DNA of 64,000 bases, taken from contig JAJTFW010000002.1 of assembly GCA_021299095.1 (NCBI GenBank), forward strand, positions 138,133 through 202,132, in the 5' to 3' direction. Position 1 is the first letter of the stretch, and every line of letters starts with the position of its first letter. The notes below the pieces were generated by a model. The model saw nothing but the letters and a program-made list of their open reading frames with translations, ran no database searches and was not told the origin of the DNA. Source of the stretch: Sphingobacteriales bacterium. GTDB lineage: Bacteria; Bacteroidota; Bacteroidia; AKYH767-A; OLB10. Made by a program: the position numbers and the translations under genes. Shown here piece after piece: positions 1 through 9,235 of the stretch.

Positions 1-725
1 CATTTCTGGCTTACGTTCTGAACCCGCAACCATCAACTGTACTCGTTCTATGTCTCAAATACAAATCGATTGACAAGCGCAGTAAGCTTTACAAAGCCAT
101 TGAAAAGAAGGGCGTCGTGTTTGAGTCAAAGAAACTGTATGATGACAAACTCCCCAAATGGATTGAGACCTACCTTGCCGACAAGAAGGCGCTGATTCGT
201 CCGAATGCTGCTTTGCTTATGGCCGAACACCTTGGAAACGATCTTTCCCGCATCGCTAATGAATGCGACAAACTTCTGATCAACATCAAGCCTGGTGAAA
301 CCATTGATGTAAAACAAATCGAACAGAATATCGGAATCAGTAAAGAATTCAACGGACTCGAATTATTGAAAGCCATCGGCAAGAAAGATATTTTACAAGC
401 AACTCGTATTGTCAATTATTTCCGTGAAAACCCTAAGAACAATCCAATTCAGATGACGCTTGGAATGCTGTACAACTACTTTTCAAAATTGCTTTTGTTC
501 CATTCACTGGGTGATAAATCAAAACAGGCAGTAGCTACCGCATTGAAAGTACATCCTTTTTTCGTGGATGAATATTTTGTGGCCGCAAAAAATTATCCGC
601 CAGCGAAACTTGTCGAGATTGCGGGCTTATTGCGTCAGTTCGATTTGCGATCAAAGGGTGTTGGAAGTACCGAAAGCGATAGCGGAGAATTGACGCGCGA
701 ACTTGTGTATCGGATAATGCATTGA
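1..725 (+). CDS. holA: DNA polymerase III delta subunit (HolA), C-terminal part; the gene continues upstream of the window
   Basis: The reading frame is open from nt 3 with no upstream stop. The track ORF 117..725 is the tail of this gene. The translated C-terminal region (…LIRPNAALLMAEHLGNDLSRIANECDKLL…) fits the delta-subunit C-terminal helical domain. Confidence 0.75.
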   Translation, partial: FLAYVLNPQPSTVLVLCLKYKSIDKRSKLYKAIEKKGVVFESKKLYDDKLPKWIETYLADKKALIRPNAALLMAEHLGNDLSRIANECDKLLINIKPGETIDVKQIEQNIGISKEFNGLELLKAIGKKDILQATRIVNYFRENPKNNPIQMTLGMLYNYFSKLLLFHSLGDKSKQAVATALKVHPFFVDEYFVAAKNYPPAKLVEIAGLLRQFDLRSKGVGSTESDSGELTRELVYRIMH

Positions 726-730
726 ACGAA

Positions 731-1516
731 ATGAGCAGCACCTTCCGGATTTCAGTCGTATCCTACTTGAATGCAAAGCCCTATCTATCGGCTTTGAATC
801 GGCTTTCCGCTGAACACTTCCAGATTGAAGAAGATGTCCCCGCCAGATGTGCTCAAAAACTGATTGCTGGTGATGTCGACCTCGGACTGATTCCTGCTGC
901 GGTAATACCGAAAATTCAGCATCCCCACTTCGTTCCGGGATTCGGTATCGCGGCCAACGGAAGGGTCGACAGCGTTCTCCTATTGAGTAAAGTCCCCATC
1001 AGCCATGTGCTCGAGGTGGTCCTTGATATGGAATCCCGCACATCAGTACAGCTGGCGCGAATCCTGGCCAGAGAGTATTGGGACATTCAACCTACATGGG
1101 TGAATGAATCGGAATCAGGAAAACCGCTTGAATCAGGAGAACATGTATCCATTGTGGTTATAGGTGACAGGGCACTGGAACTGGCGCCGAAGTATGAATT
1201 CGTTTATGACTTGGCTGATGCTTGGAAATCACACACGGGCTTACCGTTTGTTTTTGCAGCCTGGGTAAGTCCCCGAGCCATTCCGGATGAGAAAATTGAA
1301 GCGCTCACTGCCGCCTTTGAATTTGCGGCAAACCCTGAAGAGTCCTTATTGGGCGCATTACAAGCTGCGCACCCAAGCGTGAATGTGCGTGAATATTTGA
1401 CCAAGCGAATCATTTACCGGCTCGGCGAAGCAGAATACAAGGGACTCCACTGCTTCTTACAGAAACTCAGCAATACAGATTCAATAGCGACCTCCGGTTC
1501 CACCCAAGCCCGATAG
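731..1516 (+). CDS. MqnA/MqnD-family menaquinone (futalosine route) biosynthesis protein, chorismate dehydratase-like
   Basis: About 262 aa. The N-terminus RISVVSYLNAKPYL and the overall pattern resemble the MqnA/MqnD family. ATG at 731 is preferred over TTG at 722. The ORF overlaps the holA stop codon by 4 nt at the TTG (ATG starts 6 nt past it), which suggests co-transcription. Confidence 0.5.
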   Translation: MSSTFRISVVSYLNAKPYLSALNRLSAEHFQIEEDVPARCAQKLIAGDVDLGLIPAAVIPKIQHPHFVPGFGIAANGRVDSVLLLSKVPISHVLEVVLDMESRTSVQLARILAREYWDIQPTWVNESESGKPLESGEHVSIVVIGDRALELAPKYEFVYDLADAWKSHTGLPFVFAAWVSPRAIPDEKIEALTAAFEFAANPEESLLGALQAAHPSVNVREYLTKRIIYRLGEAEYKGLHCFLQKLSNTDSIATSGSTQAR

Positions 1517-1750
1517 ACGGTCTGTGGCATCAGAAAGCCTTCTGACCAATTCATACTCCTCGTCTGTCAGGCCCGGAGTAGGATTCAATGATGTAACTCC
1601 TGCCTTGCGGACAGGATTAGCTGAACGGCCCATTACAAGAGCTGCCAGATCACGAATAAACGCCGATCGTTCATGGTCTTCCATGGCTTCACTCAAGGTA
1701 ACTACAAGGCGAAGGGCTTTGAGCCGAAGATCCGAAAATTCATTTTCCAT
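1481..1750 (-). CDS. hypothetical small protein (~90 aa)
   Basis: ORF MENEFSDLRLKALRLVVTLSEAMEDHERSAF… has a protein-like composition. It overlaps the last 36 nt of the Mqn-family gene on the opposite strand. No family recognised. Confidence 0.2.
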   Translation of the reverse strand: MENEFSDLRLKALRLVVTLSEAMEDHERSAFIRDLAALVMGRSANPVRKAGVTSLNPTPGLTDEEYELVRRLSDATDRLSGLGGTGGRY

Positions 1751-1766
1751 AGTATTTCTACGCCAA

Positions 1767-3596
1767 TCAGGCGCGTTTGGTTCCGGAATTCGGTTGGACG
1801 CTTGAGGAACTGGACACCAAAGCGATTTCGTGCCTTGACTCAGGCCAGGAAACAAGGAAAGAAGCCCCTGCTCCTAATTCGGATTCGACGCGAATGGCAC
1901 CGCCTTCCTCCTCCACCAACTTCTTGACGATGGCTAGGCCGACTCCTCTTGACTCCACTTCATCCCTGGCATTGAGGGTCTGAAAAATCTCGAAAATCTT
2001 GTGGTGATACCTGGGTTCGATACCGGGACCATTATCCTGCACATAAAATTCCCAGCCACCAGAAGTCAGTCGACTTCCGATCGAAATTTCAGGTGCGATC
2101 TTATCGTTGTACTTTAGTGCATTCTGAATCAAATTGATGAACACCTGCTGCATCTTCACTTTTCGGGCGAGGACCCGTGGCCATTCACCGCTTACTGTAA
2201 TTTGTGCACAAGGAGGCGGCCCCAAAAGATCAACAGTTTCGCGCACCATTTCAGCTACATCGAATACGACGCGATCTTCCTCCTTTTTAGCAGCTTTCGT
2301 GTAATCTAGAATTCCATTGATAAGCCCTTCCATGCGAACAACCCGACCTTGAATGGTTGTGAGGTGCTTGTGCATTTCTGCTGGCAAGTGCTGGCCCATG
2401 TCTTCCTCAATCCAACCGGTGAGGCTTCCGATGGCCCGCAGGGGGGCTTTTAAATCGTGCGATACCACGTAAGCAAACTTGTCGAGCTCGGCATTGGTCT
2501 TTTCAAGATTTCGCATGTATAGGAGCATCTGTTCTTCTGCAAGCTTGCGCTCGGAGATATCGGTACCAATGAGGATGAATTGCGAACGACCATCTTGTTC
2601 CGATTGAATCGGAGTTGCATTCAGCTGAATCCAATACCTTGATCCATCCTTTCGCGCAATCTGAAGTTCACCAGAGAACGATACGTGACGGCTGAATGCA
2701 ATCGAAAGGTCCTGAAGCACACCATCCGACAATCCGGGCAGAGGTGCATACACTACAAGAATATCCAAACCGAGTACTACCGATGAATGTAATTGGGTCA
2801 GGCGCATGAAACCATCATTGACCCATTCAATGCGACCGTTCGCATCGGTTATAACGATGGCATTTTCTGCTTTTGATGCCACCATAGACAATTTATTCAA
2901 CTCAAGATTTTTCAGCGTGAGCTCGTTCCGTTGTTCTGTAATCCTGGAAATGACCTCGTTTTTTCCGCTTTCCAGATAGTTCATCTGAGCAGATAAAATC
3001 AGCATAGCGAATAGCCAAGTCGACATGTAATCGAGGTTGATACTCCACTCGTCTTTGCCGATGAGATCATATCGCACCCAATCCGTATAACCGGTGATGT
3101 ACCAGAAATAGACAATATGAATTGCTGAAAGAACGAAGACAATTCGACCGGCCTTATTGCCAAGAAGCATGTAGGCAAGCAACATATTCCCTGCCAGATA
3201 CATGATTGCAGAGGCCCGAATGCCGCCCGAACTATAACTGATGAGATGCAAGGTAATGAACGCCGCAAGTACGATTGTATAATATGAAAACTTATGATTT
3301 CGATGGAAAGGCAGCGATACGTAATTGATAACCAACCCGATAGCTAGCAGGCCAATCAACAATGAGGTCAACTTCGCGGTGACGCCAGACTCCATCACAC
3401 ATACCGACTGGGCGAATGCGATACCGATCACGACTCCTGCAGTCAGCGTGGTTATACTAAATAGCCTGAACCGTTGGCGATCGATTAGTTCCTGAGCGGC
3501 AAGATTCTCCAAATATTCCCGATAGCGCATACGCCAACCGCCGAAAAAACTGAGTCTTTCGGGCATGGAATACGAAACCGAACGAAATGGATACAT
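1767..3596 (-). CDS. sensor histidine kinase (6-TM N-terminal sensor, PAS-like segment, HisKA, HATPase_c)
   Basis: Six hydrophobic helices in the N-terminal half; H-box SHDLKAPLRAIGS; ATPase boxes NLIQNALKYN, QDNGPGI, GVGLAIVKK. The track start at 3698 would overlap the divergent receiver gene, so the internal Met at 3596 (or 3566) is more plausible. Confidence 0.85.
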   Translation of the reverse strand: MYPFRSVSYSMPERLSFFGGWRMRYREYLENLAAQELIDRQRFRLFSITTLTAGVVIGIAFAQSVCVMESGVTAKLTSLLIGLLAIGLVINYVSLPFHRNHKFSYYTIVLAAFITLHLISYSSGGIRASAIMYLAGNMLLAYMLLGNKAGRIVFVLSAIHIVYFWYITGYTDWVRYDLIGKDEWSINLDYMSTWLFAMLILSAQMNYLESGKNEVISRITEQRNELTLKNLELNKLSMVASKAENAIVITDANGRIEWVNDGFMRLTQLHSSVVLGLDILVVYAPLPGLSDGVLQDLSIAFSRHVSFSGELQIARKDGSRYWIQLNATPIQSEQDGRSQFILIGTDISERKLAEEQMLLYMRNLEKTNAELDKFAYVVSHDLKAPLRAIGSLTGWIEEDMGQHLPAEMHKHLTTIQGRVVRMEGLINGILDYTKAAKKEEDRVVFDVAEMVRETVDLLGPPPCAQITVSGEWPRVLARKVKMQQVFINLIQNALKYNDKIAPEISIGSRLTSGGWEFYVQDNGPGIEPRYHHKIFEIFQTLNARDEVESRGVGLAIVKKLVEEEGGAIRVESELGAGASFLVSWPESRHEIALVSSSSSVQPNSGTKRA

Positions 3597-3668
3597 TTGA
3601 TGGAGTTTCTCCGTGAGGATTATTCCCACATTGTACGGAAGAGCTCGCCAGCTGGTTGCATAAGAGCC

Positions 3669-4082
3669 ATGACAAATCCAGGACCCCGAATTCTTCACGT
3701 AGAGGACGACCAGATTGATCGCATGGTCGTTCAGCGACTACTAGGTAAATTCGGTTTGGCTGAGGGTTTACTCCAGGCTGGTAATGGTCTTGAAGCGCTT
3801 GAACTATTACGTTCTTGCCCGAATCCACACCCAAGGGCAGTCCTGCTCGATATCAACATGCCCAAAATGAATGGGATTGAATTCCTTGAGCAGATCAGAC
3901 AGGAGCCGCTTCCATTTGCCACGAGCATTTATATGCTAACCACATCCACTGACGAGTGGGACAGGAAATCGGCCTTTGAACTGGGTGTTGCAGGCTATTT
4001 TGTGAAACCCATCAACATGAATGGCTACGAAATGCTCTTCGAAATGCTCAAATCGTTTTGGGCATTAAATCAATGGCCGTAG
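3669..4082 (+). CDS. stand-alone response regulator receiver protein (CheY-like)
   Basis: ILHVEDDQIDR…LLDINMPKMNGIEF…YFVKP gives receiver-domain acidic pocket, phospho-Asp and Lys signatures. There is no output domain. It is divergent from the kinase. Confidence 0.8.
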   Translation: MTNPGPRILHVEDDQIDRMVVQRLLGKFGLAEGLLQAGNGLEALELLRSCPNPHPRAVLLDINMPKMNGIEFLEQIRQEPLPFATSIYMLTTSTDEWDRKSAFELGVAGYFVKPINMNGYEMLFEMLKSFWALNQWP

Positions 4083-4123
4083 ACGAAAACAGGAAGTCAA
4101 ACTGAATAAAACAGTCCCTGGAC

Positions 4124-5401
4124 TCAGCGATCTTTTCTAAAAAATCGATTCACCTCCGCAATCGAACTGCCTGCATCGGCAAGCGCCATCGGTAGTTGCA
4201 GTGCGACTTCTTTCAAGAGGCCTTCAATATCCTCCTTGGTCATATGTAGGGTTATCGGGACGCGAATACCGGTATTGTTGTACGAAACACTCGGAAAAAC
4301 CGAAAGATTCACATAGTAGCCGGCATTCATCAAACGGCGAACCAGGTTATATCCTACAACCGGCTTACCCAGGCAAATAAACTTGACGGGGGAGATATCA
4401 TCCGACATCATAGGTAAGTCGAGCAACCGTGCAGTTTGATTAAAAAACTTGATCCGATCCTGGAGTTGCTTCTGCATGAATCCGATTTCCTGGGTGAGGT
4501 GAATTCGCATGGAAGCTACTGCCGCTCCGAGAACTGGAGGGGGCATCTGAATGCTGAAAATCGAAGTCTTACCATAATCATGTACTCGCCTGGCTTCATC
4601 GGGATCTGGAAACACCATCACTCCACCAGCCGCACCGAACGCTTTTCCGAGTGATGTACTTAAGTACATGCGCGGATGAGACTTCGTCTTGCTCATCACA
4701 TACCCCGATCCGTTGGGGCCGGCCCAACTCATACCGTGGGCATCATCGATGTATAAATTCAATTGCTCATACCGATCAAGTAGCTCGGTGATTTCCGACA
4801 CTGGCGCTAAATCGCCAAACATCGAATAAACCCCGTCGGCCATGTACCATATCTTTCTGCACGAGGAAGAAAGCACCTTTACGCGATCCTCCAGTAAATC
4901 CAGCCGGTTGTGTCTAATGACTTCCACCGGAACTCCGCGCTCCTTCAACAGCGTGACCGCCATCTGGACACTGGCGTGCACACTCACATCCAGTATCACG
5001 GCATCTTCCTCTCCGACGATAATCGGCAAACTACTCAGATGTCCAAGTGTAGTTGTATTGAAAACAGCAACAGGCATTCCAAACACCTCTTCGAGTCCAT
5101 ACTCGAGTTCACCATAAAGTGGTGAAGACAGGTAAGAACGGGATGAGGAAAACTGAACACCAAACCGGGAAATCGCATCTACTGCGCCGCCCATCAAACG
5201 TTGATCGAGATCGAGGCCCAAATAACTGCAGGATCCGAAATTCTTTAGGCGACGGCTATTCAGGGTGACGTGCCGGCCGTCGAGTTGTGCATCCTCCACA
5301 GTTTGAAGGATTATACCGAGATTTTTCCCGGATACAGAAACTTCATCCAGCAAGGATAAAATCTGTTCGTGCTTGGTTTTGAGTCTGTTTTCGGGATTCA
5401 T
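4124..5401 (-). CDS. alpha-oxoamine synthase family PLP-dependent acyltransferase (serine palmitoyltransferase / cysteate-fatty-acyl transferase / AONS-like)
   Basis: 425 aa. Motifs NFGSCSYLGL, DDAHG, and the PLP-lysine motif STSLGKAFGAAGG. It is not next to bio or tdh genes. Confidence 0.75.
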   Translation of the reverse strand: MNPENRLKTKHEQILSLLDEVSVSGKNLGIILQTVEDAQLDGRHVTLNSRRLKNFGSCSYLGLDLDQRLMGGAVDAISRFGVQFSSSRSYLSSPLYGELEYGLEEVFGMPVAVFNTTTLGHLSSLPIIVGEEDAVILDVSVHASVQMAVTLLKERGVPVEVIRHNRLDLLEDRVKVLSSSCRKIWYMADGVYSMFGDLAPVSEITELLDRYEQLNLYIDDAHGMSWAGPNGSGYVMSKTKSHPRMYLSTSLGKAFGAAGGVMVFPDPDEARRVHDYGKTSIFSIQMPPPVLGAAVASMRIHLTQEIGFMQKQLQDRIKFFNQTARLLDLPMMSDDISPVKFICLGKPVVGYNLVRRLMNAGYYVNLSVFPSVSYNNTGIRVPITLHMTKEDIEGLLKEVALQLPMALADAGSSIAEVNRFFRKDR

Positions 5402-5536
5402 CGGGTCTGCCAGGACTATTCCTGACGTGCACCTAAAATACCTTGGACCCGAGGCTCATTCTACGTGAGACCCAATCAATTATCAACCCAGCACTGTTGA
5501 TGGATTAAGGAGATGAATACAGATGCGAATCAGTGG

Positions 5537-7498
5537 TCAATCCTGAAGCAATGCGAACCCGTTGGGTCGTACATCACCCATTGTGACCCGACACGGCTCA
5601 GCAAGTCGAATGTCCTGCGAAAGCCATACGGCTTGGGAGGGATAAGCCTTTTTTACGACCATTCGTCGAATGGCCTGATTGGCCGGCCAAGTGTCGAATT
5701 TGCCGGTCACCTGAGGGTCGCTTTCGGTATAAAAAAGATAGGTTGCGCCCGCGTGATAAATACGTTCAGCCGTGCGCACATTTCCGGCATTCGACCTCGA
5801 ATGCAAACCCTCTTGATGTCCTATACCGATGGTAGCTCCATCATTCAGTAAAAATGTGCCATCGCCACTCACGACAGCCTGTTCACATAGTAATTCAGCA
5901 CCCGATTGCACTTCGAACTTCCGGTTACGCGCCACTGGACCGAGTCTAGCACCTTTGATAGACAACAACCGATCTGAAGGAACAAGCACGTTGCCAAGCT
6001 GAACAGCACAGCCATCACGCTGAATCCAGCGGGAGGGTGATGTTCCGAACGCACCGACCTGAAACAGACTGTTTACAGACTGCCTGCAATCGAACTGGCC
6101 ACCGAGTAAAATCACATCTCCATTAACAGAGATTGTCGTTGCGGTTGATGTGTTCCGTGCATCACTATACACGCCCTTGCGCATAATAAACCTACCGTCT
6201 ACATTCATGCGCAACACACCCTGGTGCGGGCCATAAAACTCGCCTCCATCAAATACAACATCACCACCTACCCTCAACACAGCATCAGAAGATGGGACGA
6301 ATCCACCCTTACCGGTACTCTGAAGCACAAGGTCTCCCTTGATTTCCGGGAGCAACACTCCTTTGGGAAGATATGTACCGGAATCAACTTCAATCCGAAA
6401 TGACCCCAACGAAGGAAGGTGGATGAACGAAGTATTACCCATTCGCGAGATCACTTGTACTGCTCCTTTTGCAATATCGGTAGTGAAGGCAGGAAGCGGC
6501 CCTGTTGTGTTGTGATAATACAAAGACCCACTCTCTAGACGCAAATCCGAGATAAACCATTCTCCTGCCATTGAAGAATCAACCTTGAGAACACCTCCAC
6601 ATGCAACCTGAACTGCCCCTAGGCGAAGCGGCGAAGTAATTTTCAATTCGCCGCCTTTTTCAACAACGAGTGTTTGAAGGTTGCCTCCGGTACTTGAAAT
6701 CATGCGGTGACCAGACTGAATGAAATAGCTGTTCCGTGTTTCATTCATTTGCCTGGGGGGCTGACCCGAACCATCGCGTCGTGAATTCCAGGAAGCGACT
6801 TTATTAAGCGACAGACTTCCCATCGAATAGAACGGGATATTGGGCAAAATGAAACGCTTCCCTTCCGGATTGCCGTTCTCGGGGCGAACAACCCGTGAAC
6901 CGACTCGGACTTCACGGCATGAAGCATCAACGGCCGCGCCGGGTGCGCTTGCATCAGCCGGAATATCGTATGTGAGCCAAAAATGATTTTTTCCACGCAT
7001 CAGTTCCTTGGGTCCAGAAAAGACGAGTTCCTCACCGTTGATGCGGACCAAGGTTGATCCGATCGTTTCCTGCAACGAAAACTCTGGATCATTTCCGGTA
7101 AACCATAGCCGCGCATTCATGAAATGGCGTTCATAGGGGAGCGTAGTCCCACGGGGAACAAAAGTGACGCTGTTCAGTGCGACAGGAACACCTTTCCCAT
7201 TTGTTTCAACCACCACGCCGATTACGCATTGGTTTATACTTCCACGCAATGCCGGGAGGGTATCCTGCTTAACAGTTACACCAACCAGGGTCATACCCGA
7301 AGCCGCTTTTCCTTCCTCGTCGACAGCTACATTGAAGAACACCAATAGACCTAAACCAAGAGCCAGCGTAACTCCCGCAAAAACCAGCGTTACCTGACGC
7401 AAACGTGTGGATTGACTTTGCCTGAACCTAATGCGCTTTCCTGACATAAAATTTTCTGATTGCCCATTTGTACGGAAAACACTGTTGAACGGTTGCAA
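5537..7498 (-). CDS. hypothetical membrane-anchored secreted protein with Gly-rich beta-strand repeats (beta-helix-like)
   Basis: 653 aa. N-terminal basic stretch plus one TM helix (VTLVFAGVTLALGLGLLVFF), followed by about 550 aa rich in G/S/T/V with short repeating strands. No catalytic motif recognised. An alternative start lies at Met 7447. Confidence 0.5.
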   Translation of the reverse strand: MQPFNSVFRTNGQSENFMSGKRIRFRQSQSTRLRQVTLVFAGVTLALGLGLLVFFNVAVDEEGKAASGMTLVGVTVKQDTLPALRGSINQCVIGVVVETNGKGVPVALNSVTFVPRGTTLPYERHFMNARLWFTGNDPEFSLQETIGSTLVRINGEELVFSGPKELMRGKNHFWLTYDIPADASAPGAAVDASCREVRVGSRVVRPENGNPEGKRFILPNIPFYSMGSLSLNKVASWNSRRDGSGQPPRQMNETRNSYFIQSGHRMISSTGGNLQTLVVEKGGELKITSPLRLGAVQVACGGVLKVDSSMAGEWFISDLRLESGSLYYHNTTGPLPAFTTDIAKGAVQVISRMGNTSFIHLPSLGSFRIEVDSGTYLPKGVLLPEIKGDLVLQSTGKGGFVPSSDAVLRVGGDVVFDGGEFYGPHQGVLRMNVDGRFIMRKGVYSDARNTSTATTISVNGDVILLGGQFDCRQSVNSLFQVGAFGTSPSRWIQRDGCAVQLGNVLVPSDRLLSIKGARLGPVARNRKFEVQSGAELLCEQAVVSGDGTFLLNDGATIGIGHQEGLHSRSNAGNVRTAERIYHAGATYLFYTESDPQVTGKFDTWPANQAIRRMVVKKAYPSQAVWLSQDIRLAEPCRVTMGDVRPNGFALLQD

Positions 7499-7499
7499 T

Positions 7500-7530
7500 C
7501 AAAAAAGACAGGCCCGGATTCGGGCCTGTC
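7500..7530 (-). terminator. Rho-independent terminator after hppD
   Basis: On the minus strand: GACAGGCCCG-AATC-CGGGCCTGTC hairpin (7507..7530) followed by TTTTTTG. Confidence 0.6.
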
Positions 7531-7553
7531 TTCTGCTTTTGCTCTGGAAACGA

Positions 7554-8648
7554 TTACAAATTACCTCTCAGGGCCTGTTCACGCTCGATAGCCTCGAATA
7601 GCGCCTTGAAGTTTCCTTTACCGAAGGAACGCGCGCCCTTGCGCTGAATGATTTCAAAAAAGACAGTAGGGCGATCCTCCACGGGCTTGGTGAATAGCTG
7701 TAGCAAATAACCTTCCTCGTCACGATCGACCAGAATACCTAGACGAGCAAGATCGTCCATGTCCTCGTCAATCTTCCCTACCCGAGCTGTGAGGTCGTCA
7801 TAATAGGTTTTCGGAACAGCCAGAAAATCGACACCGCGCTCTTTTAAGTTGGAAACAGTTTCGATAATGTTATTTGTAATGATGGCGATGTGTTGGACAC
7901 CAGCTCCATGGTAAAACTCCAGGTATTCGTCAATCTGGGATTTCTTTTTCCCCTCAGCCGGCTCGTTGATCGGAAACTTCACAAAACCGTTACCATTTGA
8001 TACCACTTTAGACATCAGGGCACTGTACTCGGTACTGATATCCTTGTCGTCGAAGGTTATAATCATCTTGAAACCCATGACGTCCTCGTAAAACTTTACC
8101 CATTCGTTCATCCGACCGAGTTCGACATTGCCTACGCAATGATCTACATACTCCAGCCCAACCGGATTGATTTGAATCGATGAAGACGCTGCACGGTAAC
8201 CCGGCATAAAGGCACCCTTGTAATTCTTGCGCTCAATGAACTTATGGATGGTATCTCCATAGGTGTGGATTGCCGCAACACGAACCTCACCAAAATCATC
8301 GCTGAGCGTAGTAGGCTGTGTATGCGCTTTTGCCCCGCGGGACATGGTTTCATAGAAGGACTTTTCTGCATCATCGACCCAAAGGGCCAGCACCTTGACT
8401 CCATCGCCGTGCTGAGCTACATGCCTTGTGATCTCGTGATCGGGATGCAATGCAGTTGTGAGCACAAAACGCACCTTACCCTGTTGAAGGACGTACGATG
8501 CACGATCGCGAACTCCGGTTTCCGGACCAGCGTAGGCAACCAGGTTGAATCCAAAGGAGTGTTGATAGTAATAGGCGGACTGCTTGGCATTTCCGACATA
8601 GAATTCTATGTGATCGGTGCCGTTTAAGGGAAGGAAATCGGTGCTCAT
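7554..8648 (-). CDS. hppD: 4-hydroxyphenylpyruvate dioxygenase
   Basis: 364 aa. Two vicinal-oxygen-chelate modules; conserved stretches HIEFYVGNAKQSAYYY, GVQHIAI, and the C-terminal FFEIIQRKGARSFGKGNFKALFEAIE. Confidence 0.93.
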   Translation of the reverse strand: MSTDFLPLNGTDHIEFYVGNAKQSAYYYQHSFGFNLVAYAGPETGVRDRASYVLQQGKVRFVLTTALHPDHEITRHVAQHGDGVKVLALWVDDAEKSFYETMSRGAKAHTQPTTLSDDFGEVRVAAIHTYGDTIHKFIERKNYKGAFMPGYRAASSSIQINPVGLEYVDHCVGNVELGRMNEWVKFYEDVMGFKMIITFDDKDISTEYSALMSKVVSNGNGFVKFPINEPAEGKKKSQIDEYLEFYHGAGVQHIAIITNNIIETVSNLKERGVDFLAVPKTYYDDLTARVGKIDEDMDDLARLGILVDRDEEGYLLQLFTKPVEDRPTVFFEIIQRKGARSFGKGNFKALFEAIEREQALRGNL

Positions 8649-8665
8649 GCGAAATATTGGTTGGT

Positions 8666-8673
8666 CAAAATTA
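8666..8673 (-). promoter_or_regulatory. Bacteroidetes-type -7 promoter element (TAatTTTG) 18 nt upstream of the hppD ATG
   Basis: Exact match to TAnnTTTG on the minus strand. Spacing matches other genes in this window. Confidence 0.35.
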
Positions 8674-8719
8674 CGCGTAAAACAGCAATCTATCCATCAC
8701 TTCCAGGCAGGACTGTAAA

Positions 8720-9235
8720 TCAATCTGTCGATTTGGAGCCGCTATCAACCCGCATCCACGAAAGGCTTTCCAACAGACTATCAATAGCGTGCGCAAAACC
8801 GGACACATGCGCTGGCGGATTCACCTCCATGACTCTGATTATTCTCATTGCATGTGTTGAACGGACCTGCAGGTTCAAGCCGGGATAATCGGCAAGAAGG
8901 GGATTTACATAGGCTGAATCGGAGCGGGAGATTCCGGACGATCGAATCAGCTGCTTCAGTGAACGGATCTGGTGCTTCTCCAACTGGGCCTGCCATTGGC
9001 CCTTTCGATTTGTGTTCTTTTTACCGGTATACTTGACTAAACCGCCTTGGTAAATCGATGCCAGATACACGGGACAAGTCCCCATGCAGGGAGTTCGCTC
9101 GATAGAGACCAAGATCTCATCCTTTTTGAACGAGTGCTTCCCAAAGCCGGAGACGCCAGGGCTGCAAGAGACTTGAAAAAGCATCAAGACACAACCGAGC
9201 AGACAAAGTCTCTTGGGTGTCATCCGCTGGCTCAC
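8720..9235 (-). CDS. lipoprotein, DUF6438-like
   Basis: 171 aa. Signal peptide with lipobox (…LMLFQVSC). CMGTCPVY motif. Its start overlaps the yidC stop by 4 nt. Confidence 0.5.
   Translation of the reverse strand: MSQRMTPKRLCLLGCVLMLFQVSCSPGVSGFGKHSFKKDEILVSIERTPCMGTCPVYLASIYQGGLVKYTGKKNTNRKGQWQAQLEKHQIRSLKQLIRSSGISRSDSAYVNPLLADYPGLNLQVRSTHAMRIIRVMEVNPPAHVSGFAHAIDSLLESLSWMRVDSGSKSTD

Noticed and set aside
4083-4123. Weak hairpin (CAGTCCCTGGACTC) between the convergent receiver and AOS genes
   Set aside because: It has only a 5-bp imperfect stem with no flanking T/A run, which is not convincing as an intrinsic terminator.
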